A stretch of 64,000 nucleotides of DNA from an uncultured Rhodospirillaceae bacterium (GTDB taxonomy: Bacteria; Pseudomonadota; Alphaproteobacteria; UBA9219), in the NCBI GenBank assembly GCA_964390005.1, contig CAYMGM010000001.1:129839-193838 (forward strand). Direction: 5' to 3'. Position numbers and translations under genes: made by a program. Below, in pieces: positions 29,675 through 39,134 of this stretch. Below the pieces are notes generated by a model, which saw nothing but the letters and a program-made list of their open reading frames with translations, was not told the DNA's origin and ran no database searches. Position 1 is the first letter of the stretch, and every line of letters starts with the position of its first letter.

Positions 29675-29914
29675 AGGATCGGATGGAGGCGGTAAACCGC
29701 TATATTTGATCGCTGGGAAGGTCAAAGCCACCTTTGGGTAAGGCAGTCGTCGCATATAAAAGAACGATTGTTGGCCCCATCCTGTGCAAGCTTGTTAATA
29801 ATGTATCTTTTTGCGCCTTGTCGATAATTTTATTGTTGTGTGGGAGCCGAAATGAAGTTAGTCTTCGAATCGAATAGACCTTATTCCGAATCTTCTCAAG
29901 AAGGATGTCTTGTA

Positions 29915-30466
29915 ATGAGAATTTTAAAATTTTTAGGCATTATGACCCTTTTGATGGGGCTCTCTTCTGCCGCACAGGCTTCGACGTTAGCTTTTGATCT
30001 TTCGACAGACCCGTCGGGAAGCGGCTTGTTAGCGTCAGGCAAAGGGGCTTTGACCGACAACACGCTGACCTTGAGCTCGATGCCAAGCTACAGCCGTTTG
30101 GTTTTGACCTTCACGTTTATCCCTGCAGCTATCGGGGCAAGTGTTTCGACAGATTATAATGGAAACATTGCTGGGGTTAGCTATATGGGGCCTTCGACTC
30201 CTTACGCTTTTAAGAATACCACGTTGGACCATGGCGTCACGGGCACGCTGGAGGTTTCAAGCTCGGGGGCGGCACTTACCGTTAAAAACATGACGCATGA
30301 TCTGTATACCTTCCAGAATATGCTGGCGGTTTATTTCAGAAATTGTACAGAGGGCGTTGTCAATTATAGTTATACATTGACAGCCATTCCGCTTCCTGCC
30401 GTTTTGCCGCTGTTTGCGGTTGGCGTCTTGGGCTTGGGCGCTGCCAAGAAGCGCCGCAAAGCTTAA
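29915..30466 (+). CDS. secreted protein with a VPLPA-CTERM-type (PEP-CTERM-like) C-terminal sorting signal
   Basis: Signal peptide MRILKFLGIMTLLMGLSSAAQA. The extreme C-terminus is IPLPAVLPLFAVGVLGLGAAKKRRKA, that is, a (V/I)PLPA motif, a TM helix and a basic cluster. The ORF track starts at 29840, but the ATG at 29915 has an RBS. Confidence 0.55.
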   Translation: MRILKFLGIMTLLMGLSSAAQASTLAFDLSTDPSGSGLLASGKGALTDNTLTLSSMPSYSRLVLTFTFIPAAIGASVSTDYNGNIAGVSYMGPSTPYAFKNTTLDHGVTGTLEVSSSGAALTVKNMTHDLYTFQNMLAVYFRNCTEGVVNYSYTLTAIPLPAVLPLFAVGVLGLGAAKKRRKA

Positions 30467-30482
30467 GGCTTTGGGAATTAAA

Positions 30483-30516
30483 AAAAGGGGGCCACCGGCC
30501 CCCTTTTTTGTTTTTA
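30483..30516. terminator. bidirectional rho-independent terminator between convergent genes
   Basis: AAAAGGGGGCC-ACCG-GCCCCCTTTTTTGTTTTT. A-run on one side and T-run on the other. Confidence 0.7.
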
Positions 30517-30524
30517 TGTTGGGC

Positions 30525-31748
30525 TTAACGTCGCGGGAAAAGCCGCGCATCCTCTGGCGTCGGATCGGCGGGGATCTGCGCGCGCGCGTGGCAGTCTTGC
30601 GCCTCGGTTAAAAGGTTCTCAAGAAGGTCCGTGAACAGAACAGGTTTCTCGGCCGCTTCCCACAGGAAAAAGCCAAACGAGCCAGGGCATGGGTTGGCTT
30701 CGTTAAACCAGACATCGCCTGTCACTTCGTTGCAGAGAAAATCAAGGCGCGGGACGCCTGTGCCGCCTGTCGTTTCAAACACCGTTGCCGCCCAAGCGCG
30801 GATATGCGCCTCCATTTCTGGGGCGATTTGCGGGTTGATTTCGCGCGTCAGCGATAACATCCCTTCGCTGGGTTTGGCACCGGGGGTTTTAGATCCGCCC
30901 ATTTTGGGGCTGCCATCCTTTGTGCCGCCTGCGCAATATTTCGTGCGGAAGTCTAAAAGCTCGGTCGAGCGCTTGGGCTTTTCAATCGCCGAGGTTTGGA
31001 TAAGGCCGTTGATGCGGCGCACGGCCACGTTATATTCGACCATGTTCTCGACAAAAGGCTCGAGCAGGGCCGTGTCGTCGAAACGGAAAATACCCGGCAA
31101 GACGTCGGCAACTTCTTGAAAATTATCGACACGTGCCACACCGATGCTGCTTCCCAAATGGGCTGGTTTGATGCAGCAAGGAAAGGCGACATCGCCCATC
31201 AGTGCTTCCAATTCGGCGGCGGTCAGCATAAGCCCCTCTAGCGGGCGTTTGATTTCAAGGAAAGGAAGTTGCGGAACGTCTGTTGCGGCGATCATGCGCT
31301 TGGTCGCGGCTTTGTCCATCAAAACCGCCGAGGCCAGTTGGCGCATGCCGGTATAGGGGACGTTGGCCGTCTCGAACAGGCCCTGAATGCGGCCATCTTC
31401 GCCGACAAGCCCATGAAAAGCCAGAAAAGCGATATCAAAGGGGATCAGGCGCGTTTTGCCGAAAACCCCTTGGGGCATCGTGCGCAGGCAAGGCGTCTCG
31501 GACGGGCCGATATGAAGCGTCACCTGCGTACAGGCCCGCATCGCCTCGCCATTCGGAATATAGAAAGAGCGGTCGCGCAAAGCCTCGCCAATCAGCCAAG
31601 CGCCATTGGGGGCGATATACAAGGGCTGGGCGTCGTAGCGGGCCGGGTCCAAAGCGTCCAAGGCTTGAAGCCCCGTGATGATGCTGACATCATGTTCGGG
31701 CGAACGTCCGCCGAAAAGGACAAGGACTCTTGTTTTTTGACCGGTCAT
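30525..31748 (-). CDS. D-alanine--D-alanine ligase family ATP-grasp enzyme (divergent, with a long omega-loop insertion)
   Basis: N-terminal VLVLFGGRSPEHDVS, a central ATP-grasp region, and the C-terminal RLDFLCNEVTGDVWFNEANPCPG motif, all typical of Ddl. An extra ~35-aa insertion (KYCAGGTKDGSPKMGGSKTPGAKPSEGM) sits before the C-terminal motif. The start is placed at MTGQKTRVLV (31748), whereas the ORF track gives 31826. Confidence 0.8.
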   Translation of the reverse strand: MTGQKTRVLVLFGGRSPEHDVSIITGLQALDALDPARYDAQPLYIAPNGAWLIGEALRDRSFYIPNGEAMRACTQVTLHIGPSETPCLRTMPQGVFGKTRLIPFDIAFLAFHGLVGEDGRIQGLFETANVPYTGMRQLASAVLMDKAATKRMIAATDVPQLPFLEIKRPLEGLMLTAAELEALMGDVAFPCCIKPAHLGSSIGVARVDNFQEVADVLPGIFRFDDTALLEPFVENMVEYNVAVRRINGLIQTSAIEKPKRSTELLDFRTKYCAGGTKDGSPKMGGSKTPGAKPSEGMLSLTREINPQIAPEMEAHIRAWAATVFETTGGTGVPRLDFLCNEVTGDVWFNEANPCPGSFGFFLWEAAEKPVLFTDLLENLLTEAQDCHARAQIPADPTPEDARLFPRR

Positions 31749-31868
31749 GTGAATAATCCGCTTGATGAGACAAAGCCTTGTTGCGCTTTGTCGGTCGAGA
31801 AAAATCAGGGGCCAGCATGCCCCCAATGGCAGAAAATTGTCAAGTCAGCCCATAGGTAAGGCTTTTCG

Positions 31869-32663
31869 TTGCAGCAAAATCCTGTGCATAACGGGCCCCC
31901 GGGCCTCATCGCTCATTCTTTTGACGGCGTGCCTTTGGGGCAATCGCCGTTTCTGATCGTTTGGGGGCATGGCTGGGGACATAATCGGTCTGTCTTTGCG
32001 CCGTTCGCCGCTTCTTTGTCGCGGCAGGCTTCGCATCTGTTGATCGATTTTCCCGGCTTTGGCGCGTCGCCCATGCCGCCGGAGGTTTGGGATACCGCCG
32101 CTTATGCCGATGCTGTGGCCTCTTTGCTCGCGCCGCTGCGCGAACAGGTGCCATTTATCGTGTGGGTGGGGCATTCCTTTGGCTGCCGCGTCGGCATTCA
32201 ACTGGCGGCGCGTCATCCCAAGCTGGTTGATGCGATGGCTTTGATGGCCGGGGCGGGGTTGCCGCGCCATCGCTCGCTTGCGCAGCGTCTTCGTATCAAA
32301 GGCCGCATTCTGTTCTTTAAACTTTGTAAGAAATTGGCCCCGCTGGTCGGGATCAGCGTCGAGGATTTGCGCAACAAATTTGGCAGCGCCGATTATCGTC
32401 AAGCTGGCGCGATGCGCCCGATTTTTTTGAAAACGATCAGCGAAGATCTAACGCCGCAGGCGCGTCAAGTCGCGTGCCCGACGCTTTTACTGTACGGCGA
32501 GCAAGACACCGAAACGCCGCCCGAGATTGGGCAACGTTTGGCCACCTTGATAAAGGGCAGTGAGCTGACCCTTTTGCCGGGGCTGGATCACTACACAATT
32601 TTAGATCGCGGGCGGGCTCTCGTTTTGAAACGCCTGACCGCTTTGATGGAGCGCCTGTCATGA
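31869..32663 (+). CDS. alpha/beta-hydrolase fold protein
   Basis: HGWGHN oxyanion region and a GHSFG nucleophile elbow. 264 aa. TTG start, with an alternative GTG at 31884. Its stop overlaps the start of the next gene (ATGA). Confidence 0.7.
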   Translation: MQQNPVHNGPPGLIAHSFDGVPLGQSPFLIVWGHGWGHNRSVFAPFAASLSRQASHLLIDFPGFGASPMPPEVWDTAAYADAVASLLAPLREQVPFIVWVGHSFGCRVGIQLAARHPKLVDAMALMAGAGLPRHRSLAQRLRIKGRILFFKLCKKLAPLVGISVEDLRNKFGSADYRQAGAMRPIFLKTISEDLTPQARQVACPTLLLYGEQDTETPPEIGQRLATLIKGSELTLLPGLDHYTILDRGRALVLKRLTALMERLS

Positions 32664-34261
32664 CTTCTTTTGGCACGTTGTTGTCGTTGGCTTTCTTTTT
32701 GTATTTTTTAAGCCGTCGCTTGCCGCGTCTTTTGCATATTTTTCAGCAAGAGGAATATGACGGCGCGCGTTTTCTGGCGTGGATTTTGCGCACCTTGGCG
32801 TTCGATCGCCGCGTTTCGGCGCTTTTGCTGGTGGCCGGTGTGGTGGGGGCGCTTTCGCCCGGCGATGTCAAAGCTTATTTGCCTGCCGTTGTGCTGGGGC
32901 TTTCGGCGCGGTACGAACCTGATCCCCGCCAAAGCGCCAAAAAGAAACTGGCGATGACGGCGCGCGCGTCGCGCATTTATTATGTTTCTTTGATTTTGGC
33001 CGGTTTGGCCGCTTGGGGCGGGCTGGCGCTGGGGCACAGTTTTGGCGCAGTGGTCGTGATGCAGCTTTTGCCGCTGACCCTTGTGATCGGCAATGGGCTG
33101 CTCGCGCCCTATGAAACCATGCTGCAAGCCCGTATTCGCCGCCAAGCGATGCAGCATTTGCAGGAAATAGCGCCGCGCGTCGTGGGCATTACGGGGTCTT
33201 TTGGTAAGACGTCGGTCAAACATATTCTGGGCCATGTGTTGACGCTGAACGCGCCTACGCTTTTTACGCCGGGCAGCGTCAATACGTTGATGGGAATCTC
33301 GCGCGTGATCCGCGAAAATCTGCGCAAAGGCTGTAAGTTTTTCCTCGTTGAAATGGGGGCCTATGGCGAAGGCTCGATTGCGCGTTTGTGCGGGTTGACG
33401 CCGCCTTCGGCTGGTATTGTCACGGCTTTGGGCGCGGCGCATTACGAACGGTTTGGCTCGCTGGACGCCGTGGCGCATGCCAAGTTCGAATTAGCCGACG
33501 CTGTTTTAAAGGCCCAAGACGGTTTCGTTGTCGTCCATGAACAAGTTTTGCAGCAGCCCTATGCGCGCGACTATGTCGCCGCGCACCGCGCGCAATTTGT
33601 CGTTTGCGGTGTCGAGGCCGATGCCGATTTGCGTTATGAAGCGCCGCTTCAGACTCCAAACGGTCTTGAGGTCGCGGTGGCGTGGCAAGGACAAAACTAC
33701 ACCCTTTTTGCCCCGCTTTATGGGGTGCAGCATGGCGGGAATATGGCGCTGGCCTTCGCTTGCGCGGCGAAGCTTGGCATCGCGCCCGATCGCATTGTGG
33801 CCGCTTTGCGCAGTACGCCGCAAATCACGCATCGTTTAGAGGTCAAGAATCTGAACGAGCCATCGGTAATGATTGATGATGCCTATAATTCAAACCCGGC
33901 TGGTTTTCAGGCGGCGCTGGGCATTTTGGACATGCTGGGGCAGCATAAAAAAGCCCGCCGCGTTTTAGTGACACCGGGCGTGACCGAGCTTGGCGTTCAA
34001 CATGACGCTGTTCACAAAACCTTGGGGGAAGAGGCGGCGGCGCGGACGGATATTGCGCTGGTTGTCCGGCCCGATGTTTTGAAGTCCTTTATCGAAGGCT
34101 ATGAAAGCGCTAGCGGCACTGGAAAAGTCGTGCCTGTCGCCGATTTGACAGCGGCGCGGGCGTGGCTTGCGGCCCACCCGGCGGCAGCGCCGTTTACAGG
34201 CGATGTCGTTTTGTTCGAAAACGATTTGCCGGATGTTCTTGAGCGCCGTTTGAGCCTTTAA
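32660..34261 (+). CDS. membrane-anchored Mur ligase family protein (MurF-like)
   Basis: An N-terminal ~170 aa with about 4 predicted TM helices is followed by the Mur ligase P-loop GITGSFGKTSVKHIL, a central domain, and the C-terminal DDAYNSNP motif as in MurF. 533 aa. Confidence 0.75.
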   Translation: MTSFGTLLSLAFFLYFLSRRLPRLLHIFQQEEYDGARFLAWILRTLAFDRRVSALLLVAGVVGALSPGDVKAYLPAVVLGLSARYEPDPRQSAKKKLAMTARASRIYYVSLILAGLAAWGGLALGHSFGAVVVMQLLPLTLVIGNGLLAPYETMLQARIRRQAMQHLQEIAPRVVGITGSFGKTSVKHILGHVLTLNAPTLFTPGSVNTLMGISRVIRENLRKGCKFFLVEMGAYGEGSIARLCGLTPPSAGIVTALGAAHYERFGSLDAVAHAKFELADAVLKAQDGFVVVHEQVLQQPYARDYVAAHRAQFVVCGVEADADLRYEAPLQTPNGLEVAVAWQGQNYTLFAPLYGVQHGGNMALAFACAAKLGIAPDRIVAALRSTPQITHRLEVKNLNEPSVMIDDAYNSNPAGFQAALGILDMLGQHKKARRVLVTPGVTELGVQHDAVHKTLGEEAAARTDIALVVRPDVLKSFIEGYESASGTGKVVPVADLTAARAWLAAHPAAAPFTGDVVLFENDLPDVLERRLSL

Positions 34262-34437
34262 ACATCGCGCCAAGCATTGTGCATCGCAGCGTAAAAGAGG
34301 CCATAATTTTGCTGCGCCGCAACATGGTTAATATTTCTTGTAAGGCCGTTTTTCTTGTGCTTTTCTGAGCGCTTCGGAGCTTCTTGTTCAAGAAGAGGAT
34401 CCGTTTTGTTTGTCTCAAAGAAAGAACGCAACCGATT

Positions 34438-34689
34438 ATGTGTGCTTTGCAACAAGAAAAACTTCGCGCCTGTTTCACAGAAGCCTTAGTTTTGCCCGCC
34501 GAGACGGATTTAGAAACGCTGCGCTATCAATCCATACCGGCGTGGGATTCGATTGGGCACATGCGTTTGATCGCGGCGATCGAAGGCGCGTTTAACATCA
34601 TGCTGACAACGGACCAGATTTTGGATCTCAGTTCGTATGCCAAAGCGTGCGAGATTTTGGGGGCTCATGGTGTCGCTAGCGAGTCCTGA
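34438..34689 (+). CDS. acyl carrier protein
   Basis: 84 aa from MCALQQ. The phosphopantetheine-attachment context is WDSIGHMRLIAAIEGAFNI (DSI/DSL motif with the Ser). Confidence 0.7.
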   Translation: MCALQQEKLRACFTEALVLPAETDLETLRYQSIPAWDSIGHMRLIAAIEGAFNIMLTTDQILDLSSYAKACEILGAHGVASES

Positions 34690-35425
34690 TCCATCTGACG
34701 TGCGTCCCGTCGCCGTCGTCACTGGCGCTTCGCGCGGGATTGGCGCGGCCATCGCGCGGTGCTTGGCGCGTGATGGCTATCGCTTGGCGCTGACCGCACG
34801 CGGACATGACGCGCTCATCGCTTTGCAAAACGATCTGGGAAGCGAAGACGTTTTTGTCATGGCGGGCGATGTTGCCGATACGGCTTTTGTGCAAAGCTTT
34901 TATCAAGCGGTGCAAACCCGCTTTGGCCGGATTGATGTGTTGGTGGCCAATGCCGGACAATTGGCCAATGCGCCGCTTGGCCTGATTGCGCCCGAGATGG
35001 CGGACAAGGCTTTTGATGTCAACGTGCTTGGCGTTCTTTCTCACATGCAGATGGCCGCGCGTTTTATGCGCCGTACGAAACAAGGCGCGATGATTTTGAT
35101 GGGCAGTATTATCGGCACGCAGGGCGGCATTGGCCAGACCGTTTACGCGGCGACCAAAGCCGCTTTGGTTGGCATGGCGCTTTCCGCGGTGAAAGAGCTG
35201 GGGCCGGACGGGATCACCGTCAATGTCATTGCGCCCGGCATGATCGATACCGACATGTTGGCCGATTTGTCTGACGCGAAGATTGCGGCGCGTCTTGAGC
35301 AGGTGGCCCTGCGCCGCGTCGGCCAACCGCAGGAAGTTGCGGATCTCGTCTCTTTTCTGGCGTCTGACAAGGCGCGCTATATCACAGGCCAAGTCATTGG
35401 CATTGACGGAGGAATGGTGATTTAA
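34667..35425 (+). CDS. SDR-family oxidoreductase (3-oxoacyl-ACP reductase-like)
   Basis: TGASRGIG cofactor motif, an NAG motif and YAATKAAL (catalytic YxxxK). About 252 aa. It overlaps the ACP stop. Confidence 0.8.
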   Translation: MVSLASPDPSDVRPVAVVTGASRGIGAAIARCLARDGYRLALTARGHDALIALQNDLGSEDVFVMAGDVADTAFVQSFYQAVQTRFGRIDVLVANAGQLANAPLGLIAPEMADKAFDVNVLGVLSHMQMAARFMRRTKQGAMILMGSIIGTQGGIGQTVYAATKAALVGMALSAVKELGPDGITVNVIAPGMIDTDMLADLSDAKIAARLEQVALRRVGQPQEVADLVSFLASDKARYITGQVIGIDGGMVI

Positions 35426-36835
35426 ATGATCGTTTTCACACTGCCTTTTCTGCCCAATACCGTGTTGCATCGCGCGCTTGTTCCCGACGATACACCTGCC
35501 TTGTTCGATGACAAATCGGTCGCGTGGACGACCTATGGCGAGGTGCGTGAGAAAATCGACGCCATGCAGGTTTGTTTTGCCGCGCTTGAAAAAGATCTGA
35601 TCTTCTGCGTCGCGCCGCGAACGGTCGATGGCGCTGTGGCCTATATGGGGGCAACGGCTTCAGGCCATGCTGTCGCGCTGGTCGATCCTTCTATGACGCA
35701 TTTGCGCGGCGTTGTTGCCGCGTACCGTCCGCGCTGGATCATGGCACCGCTGGATCATGCGTATCAAGGCTATGGCAAGGTCGAAGATTTTCCTTTGACG
35801 GGGATGGCGCTTTGGAAACGCTTTGGCGAAGCGGGCGGCTTTATCCATCCGCGCCTTTATTTGATTTTGCTGACATCGGGATCGACCGGCAGCAGCAAAG
35901 GCGTGCGCCTTTCTTATGCAAATGTGGCCAGCAACACGTCGGCGGTGATCGAAAGCCTGTCGATGGAGGGCGGCGTTTGCGCGGTGGGGCATTTGCCTTT
36001 GTCTTATTCCTTTGGGCTCTCGGTTCTTAACACGGCGATGGCTGTGGGCGGGCGCGTTTTGCTGACAGAAGAGGGGATGATGAGCCCCGCTTTCTGGTCG
36101 CGTGCCCGCGCGCAAGAAGCCAATCTGTTCCCCGGCGTTCCGTATCATTTTGAGATGCTGCTGCGCCTGTCGCTGGAAGGGCTGAAGATTCCGTCGCTGA
36201 AAACCTTTTTGCAGGCTGGCGGTAAAATGCCGGTTCCCATGACGCAAAAAGTTCTTGAGGCGGTCATGGCGCGGCAAGGCGGGCTTTACATCATGTATGG
36301 CCAAACAGAAGCCAGCCCGCGCATTTCATCGTTTCCGCTTCACTTGCATCCAGAAAAAATCGGCTCATCAGGTATCCCCATGTCGGGCGGCCATGTCGAG
36401 ATCGTCGATAACGAGATTATCTATCACGGACCGAACGTGATGATGGGCTATGCGATCACGCGCGAAGATTTGTGCAAAGGCGACGGCATGCATGGGCGCT
36501 TGCCGACGGGCGATCACGGCTCTGTGGATGCTGACGGTTATTTGACCGTTTTGGGCCGCGAAAAACGCATTGCCAAGCTTTACGGTCAGCGCGTGGCGTT
36601 GGACGATCTGGAAAAGTTTGCGGCAGCATTGGCCCCCGTCGTTGCGATTGAGCGCGATCAGCAAATCTTGCTGATTACCACGGCGGCAGAAGAAAGCCTG
36701 CGCGACCGGATCAAAGCCTTGGTGATGAGCGAAACGGGCTTGCCGCCGACATGGCTTGAGGTGCGCTCGGTTGCCGATATTCCGCACCAGCCGAACGGCA
36801 AGGTCGATTACCAGCGCCTCCGAGCCGAAGCGTGA
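35426..36835 (+). CDS. AMP-dependent synthetase/ligase (acyl-CoA or acyl-ACP synthetase-like)
   Basis: AMP-binding motif LTSGSTGSSKGV and a YGQTEA motif. 469 aa. It starts 1 nt after the SDR stop. Confidence 0.8.
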   Translation: MIVFTLPFLPNTVLHRALVPDDTPALFDDKSVAWTTYGEVREKIDAMQVCFAALEKDLIFCVAPRTVDGAVAYMGATASGHAVALVDPSMTHLRGVVAAYRPRWIMAPLDHAYQGYGKVEDFPLTGMALWKRFGEAGGFIHPRLYLILLTSGSTGSSKGVRLSYANVASNTSAVIESLSMEGGVCAVGHLPLSYSFGLSVLNTAMAVGGRVLLTEEGMMSPAFWSRARAQEANLFPGVPYHFEMLLRLSLEGLKIPSLKTFLQAGGKMPVPMTQKVLEAVMARQGGLYIMYGQTEASPRISSFPLHLHPEKIGSSGIPMSGGHVEIVDNEIIYHGPNVMMGYAITREDLCKGDGMHGRLPTGDHGSVDADGYLTVLGREKRIAKLYGQRVALDDLEKFAAALAPVVAIERDQQILLITTAAEESLRDRIKALVMSETGLPPTWLEVRSVADIPHQPNGKVDYQRLRAEA

Positions 36836-37929
36836 GCCAGCAAGAGGGAACAGCGCTCGACGCTTTGTTCGCGCTTCCCTATGCCAGCCTTGCCCAAGCG
36901 GAAAAAGAGCGGCAACTGTTTCCGCTGCTGCGCGATGGGCTTGCCTATCACCGCGCGGCTTGCCCTGCTTTTGATCGGATTGTCGCGCGCGCTTTTCCGG
37001 ACGAGCCTGTGGGGCTCGATACCTTGCCCTATCTTCCGATCTCGCTGTTCAAGGACCGGCGTTTGCTTAGCGTGCCCGCGACGGAGGTGCGCGTGGCGGT
37101 TCAGTCCAGCGGCACCAGCGCCAGCGGGCTTAGTCAGGTTGCTTTAACGGCGGATGATGCGCGGCGTACCGCGCGGTCGCTCGCCTCGATCTTAAAGACG
37201 GTTTTAGGGCCTGTGCGCTTGCCCATGCTGTTCATCGACACGCCAGATGTTCTGAAAGGTGGGGGCGCTGTCGGGGCGCGTGCGGCGGCGATTTTGGGTT
37301 TAATGCCTTATGGCCGCGATCACCGTTTTGTCCTGAACGAAGCTTGGGAATTGGATGAAAATGCGCTGCTTGATTTTCTTGCCAAGAACGGGAGTAAGCC
37401 TTTTGTGATTTATGGTTTTACTTTTCTTGTTTGGCAGGCGCTGGCGCCTTTTTGCGCATCGCACCGCGTGGATCTTTCGAACGCGCTTTTGCTGCATAGC
37501 GGCGGGTGGAAAAAACTGCAAAGCCTTGCCGTTGATAATGCCGCTTTTCGCCATGCTTTTGCCGCGCAGGCTGGGCTGACACACATTGTCAATTTTTACG
37601 GCATGGCTGAAATGCCGGGTGTTGTTTTTCTGGAAAACGCAGACGGTCTTTTTTATCCGCCAAGCTTTGCCGACGTTTTGATCCGCGATCCGGTGACGCT
37701 TGCGCCGCTGCCTGTGGGGCAAGCGGGGCTGGTGCAGTGGATCAATCCACTGCCGCGCAGCTATCCCGGCCTTTCCGTTTTGACCGAAGACCTTGGCATT
37801 GTTGAAACCATCGATAGCAATGTCAGTGGTTGGAAAGGCCAAGCGCTTCGTCTGATCGGGCGCGCCCCAAAGGCTGAAATGCGCGGCTGCAGCGATGTGT
37901 TGGCGCAAAAAATAAGCGGGGAGGTCTGA
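36832..37929 (+). CDS. LuxE-family acyl-protein synthetase
   Basis: VQSSGTSASG, LHSGGWKKL and VLTEDLG correspond to the FTSSGTNG, ITGGGWK and IVTDDVG motifs of Vibrio LuxE. 365 aa. 4-bp overlap with the upstream gene. Confidence 0.7.
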   Translation: MSQQEGTALDALFALPYASLAQAEKERQLFPLLRDGLAYHRAACPAFDRIVARAFPDEPVGLDTLPYLPISLFKDRRLLSVPATEVRVAVQSSGTSASGLSQVALTADDARRTARSLASILKTVLGPVRLPMLFIDTPDVLKGGGAVGARAAAILGLMPYGRDHRFVLNEAWELDENALLDFLAKNGSKPFVIYGFTFLVWQALAPFCASHRVDLSNALLLHSGGWKKLQSLAVDNAAFRHAFAAQAGLTHIVNFYGMAEMPGVVFLENADGLFYPPSFADVLIRDPVTLAPLPVGQAGLVQWINPLPRSYPGLSVLTEDLGIVETIDSNVSGWKGQALRLIGRAPKAEMRGCSDVLAQKISGEV

Positions 37930-39128
37930 TGATCCAGTTTCATTTTGCCGCCACGCCACTAAAGGATTTAGAAGATCTTCGTAACGCCTGCCTTGCCGCG
38001 AAAGCGCAGCCTTTGGCTTTTGCCGACCCTAGCGTGCAGGCCTTTGCCCGCGCTTTGTCGGCGGGGTTGCTACAGGATCCTTTGGCCAAAGCTTTTCCGG
38101 CTTGCACGGCCTTTGGGTTTTGGCTGCGGGCCGCTGCGCTGGATGATTTAACGGCGCGTGTGCAAGCGGGATCGGTTGGACGCGCGCCTGCCGGGGCTGT
38201 CTTTTTAATGCCCCCTTCCAACGTGACAACGCTTTTTGCTTACACGGCGCTTTTATCACTTTTATGCGGCAATGTGACGCTGGTTCGCCTGCCGCAGACG
38301 CCCAGCGCGGCGCAAGATTATCTGCTGAGCCATTTTCTACGGGCGCTGGACCAAGCCCCGGATGCATTACGGCAGAAGCTGTTTCTTTTAGGTTATGGTC
38401 ACGATGACGCGATCACCACGGCCTTATCGGCGCTTGCAGACAGGCGTTTTGTCTGGGGGGCTGATGAAACAATTGCGCATATCGGCTCGTTGCCTTTGCC
38501 AGCGGGGGCGCATCATATCGGTTTTGGCGATCGCTTTTCCGCTGCGACCATCGGCGCAGAGGGTTATTTGGCTTTAGACGATCAGGCCAAAGATCATCTG
38601 GCGCGTCTGATGGCCGCCGATATTTACAGCTTTGATCAATTGGCTTGTTCGTCGCCGCGTGCGCTGTTTTGGATTGGCAGCGCCGATACGGTGCAAAAAG
38701 CGCGCGCCGATTATTACCCGCGTCTGACCGCAGCGGCTGAAGCGCGCGGCTATGCGCTTGACGCGGCTCAAGCCATTGCGCGCCGCCGCGCGGCTTTTCT
38801 GGCGCTTCATGATCTTCAAACGCAGTTCTATTGGGGGGCGTCAAAGGCGTTGGCCGTGATCGGCTTGGCGACAGCTGAAGAATTAGAGCCTTTTAAAACA
38901 GTATCTTATGGTTTTGGCCTTTTGCTTGATGCCTGTTGCCCCTCGCTTGAGGCTGTTCTATCAATAGCCAGCGCGCGCGATCAAACGCTAAGCTATGCTT
39001 GCCTGCCTGCGGTGCCGACCGAGCAAACAGCGTATGATCGAATGGTCCCGGTTGGCCGCGCGCTAGATTTTGACGTGAGATGGGACCGCATAGATTTGAT
39101 CGAGGCGATGACACGCCAGCAAGGATGA
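37929..39128 (+). CDS. LuxC-family acyl-CoA reductase-like protein
   Basis: 399 aa. It is the immediate partner of the LuxE-like gene, with a Cys-containing DQLACSSP motif in the position expected for a LuxC catalytic Cys. The family call rests partly on context. Confidence 0.5.
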   Translation: MIQFHFAATPLKDLEDLRNACLAAKAQPLAFADPSVQAFARALSAGLLQDPLAKAFPACTAFGFWLRAAALDDLTARVQAGSVGRAPAGAVFLMPPSNVTTLFAYTALLSLLCGNVTLVRLPQTPSAAQDYLLSHFLRALDQAPDALRQKLFLLGYGHDDAITTALSALADRRFVWGADETIAHIGSLPLPAGAHHIGFGDRFSAATIGAEGYLALDDQAKDHLARLMAADIYSFDQLACSSPRALFWIGSADTVQKARADYYPRLTAAAEARGYALDAAQAIARRRAAFLALHDLQTQFYWGASKALAVIGLATAEELEPFKTVSYGFGLLLDACCPSLEAVLSIASARDQTLSYACLPAVPTEQTAYDRMVPVGRALDFDVRWDRIDLIEAMTRQQG

Positions 39129-39134
39129 AGCAAG

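Noticed and set aside
31269-31859. 196-aa plus-strand ORF
   Set aside because: It is antisense within the Ddl-like gene.
32708-33478. 256-aa minus-strand ORF
   Set aside because: It is antisense within the Mur-ligase-like gene, which has P-loop and C-terminal motifs in the forward frame.
34676-36304. Minus-strand ORFs 34676-35470 (264 aa) and 35660-36304 (214 aa)
   Set aside because: They are antisense to the SDR and AMP-ligase genes, which carry canonical motifs on the plus strand.
37300-37959. 219-aa minus-strand ORF
   Set aside because: It is antisense within the LuxE-like gene.
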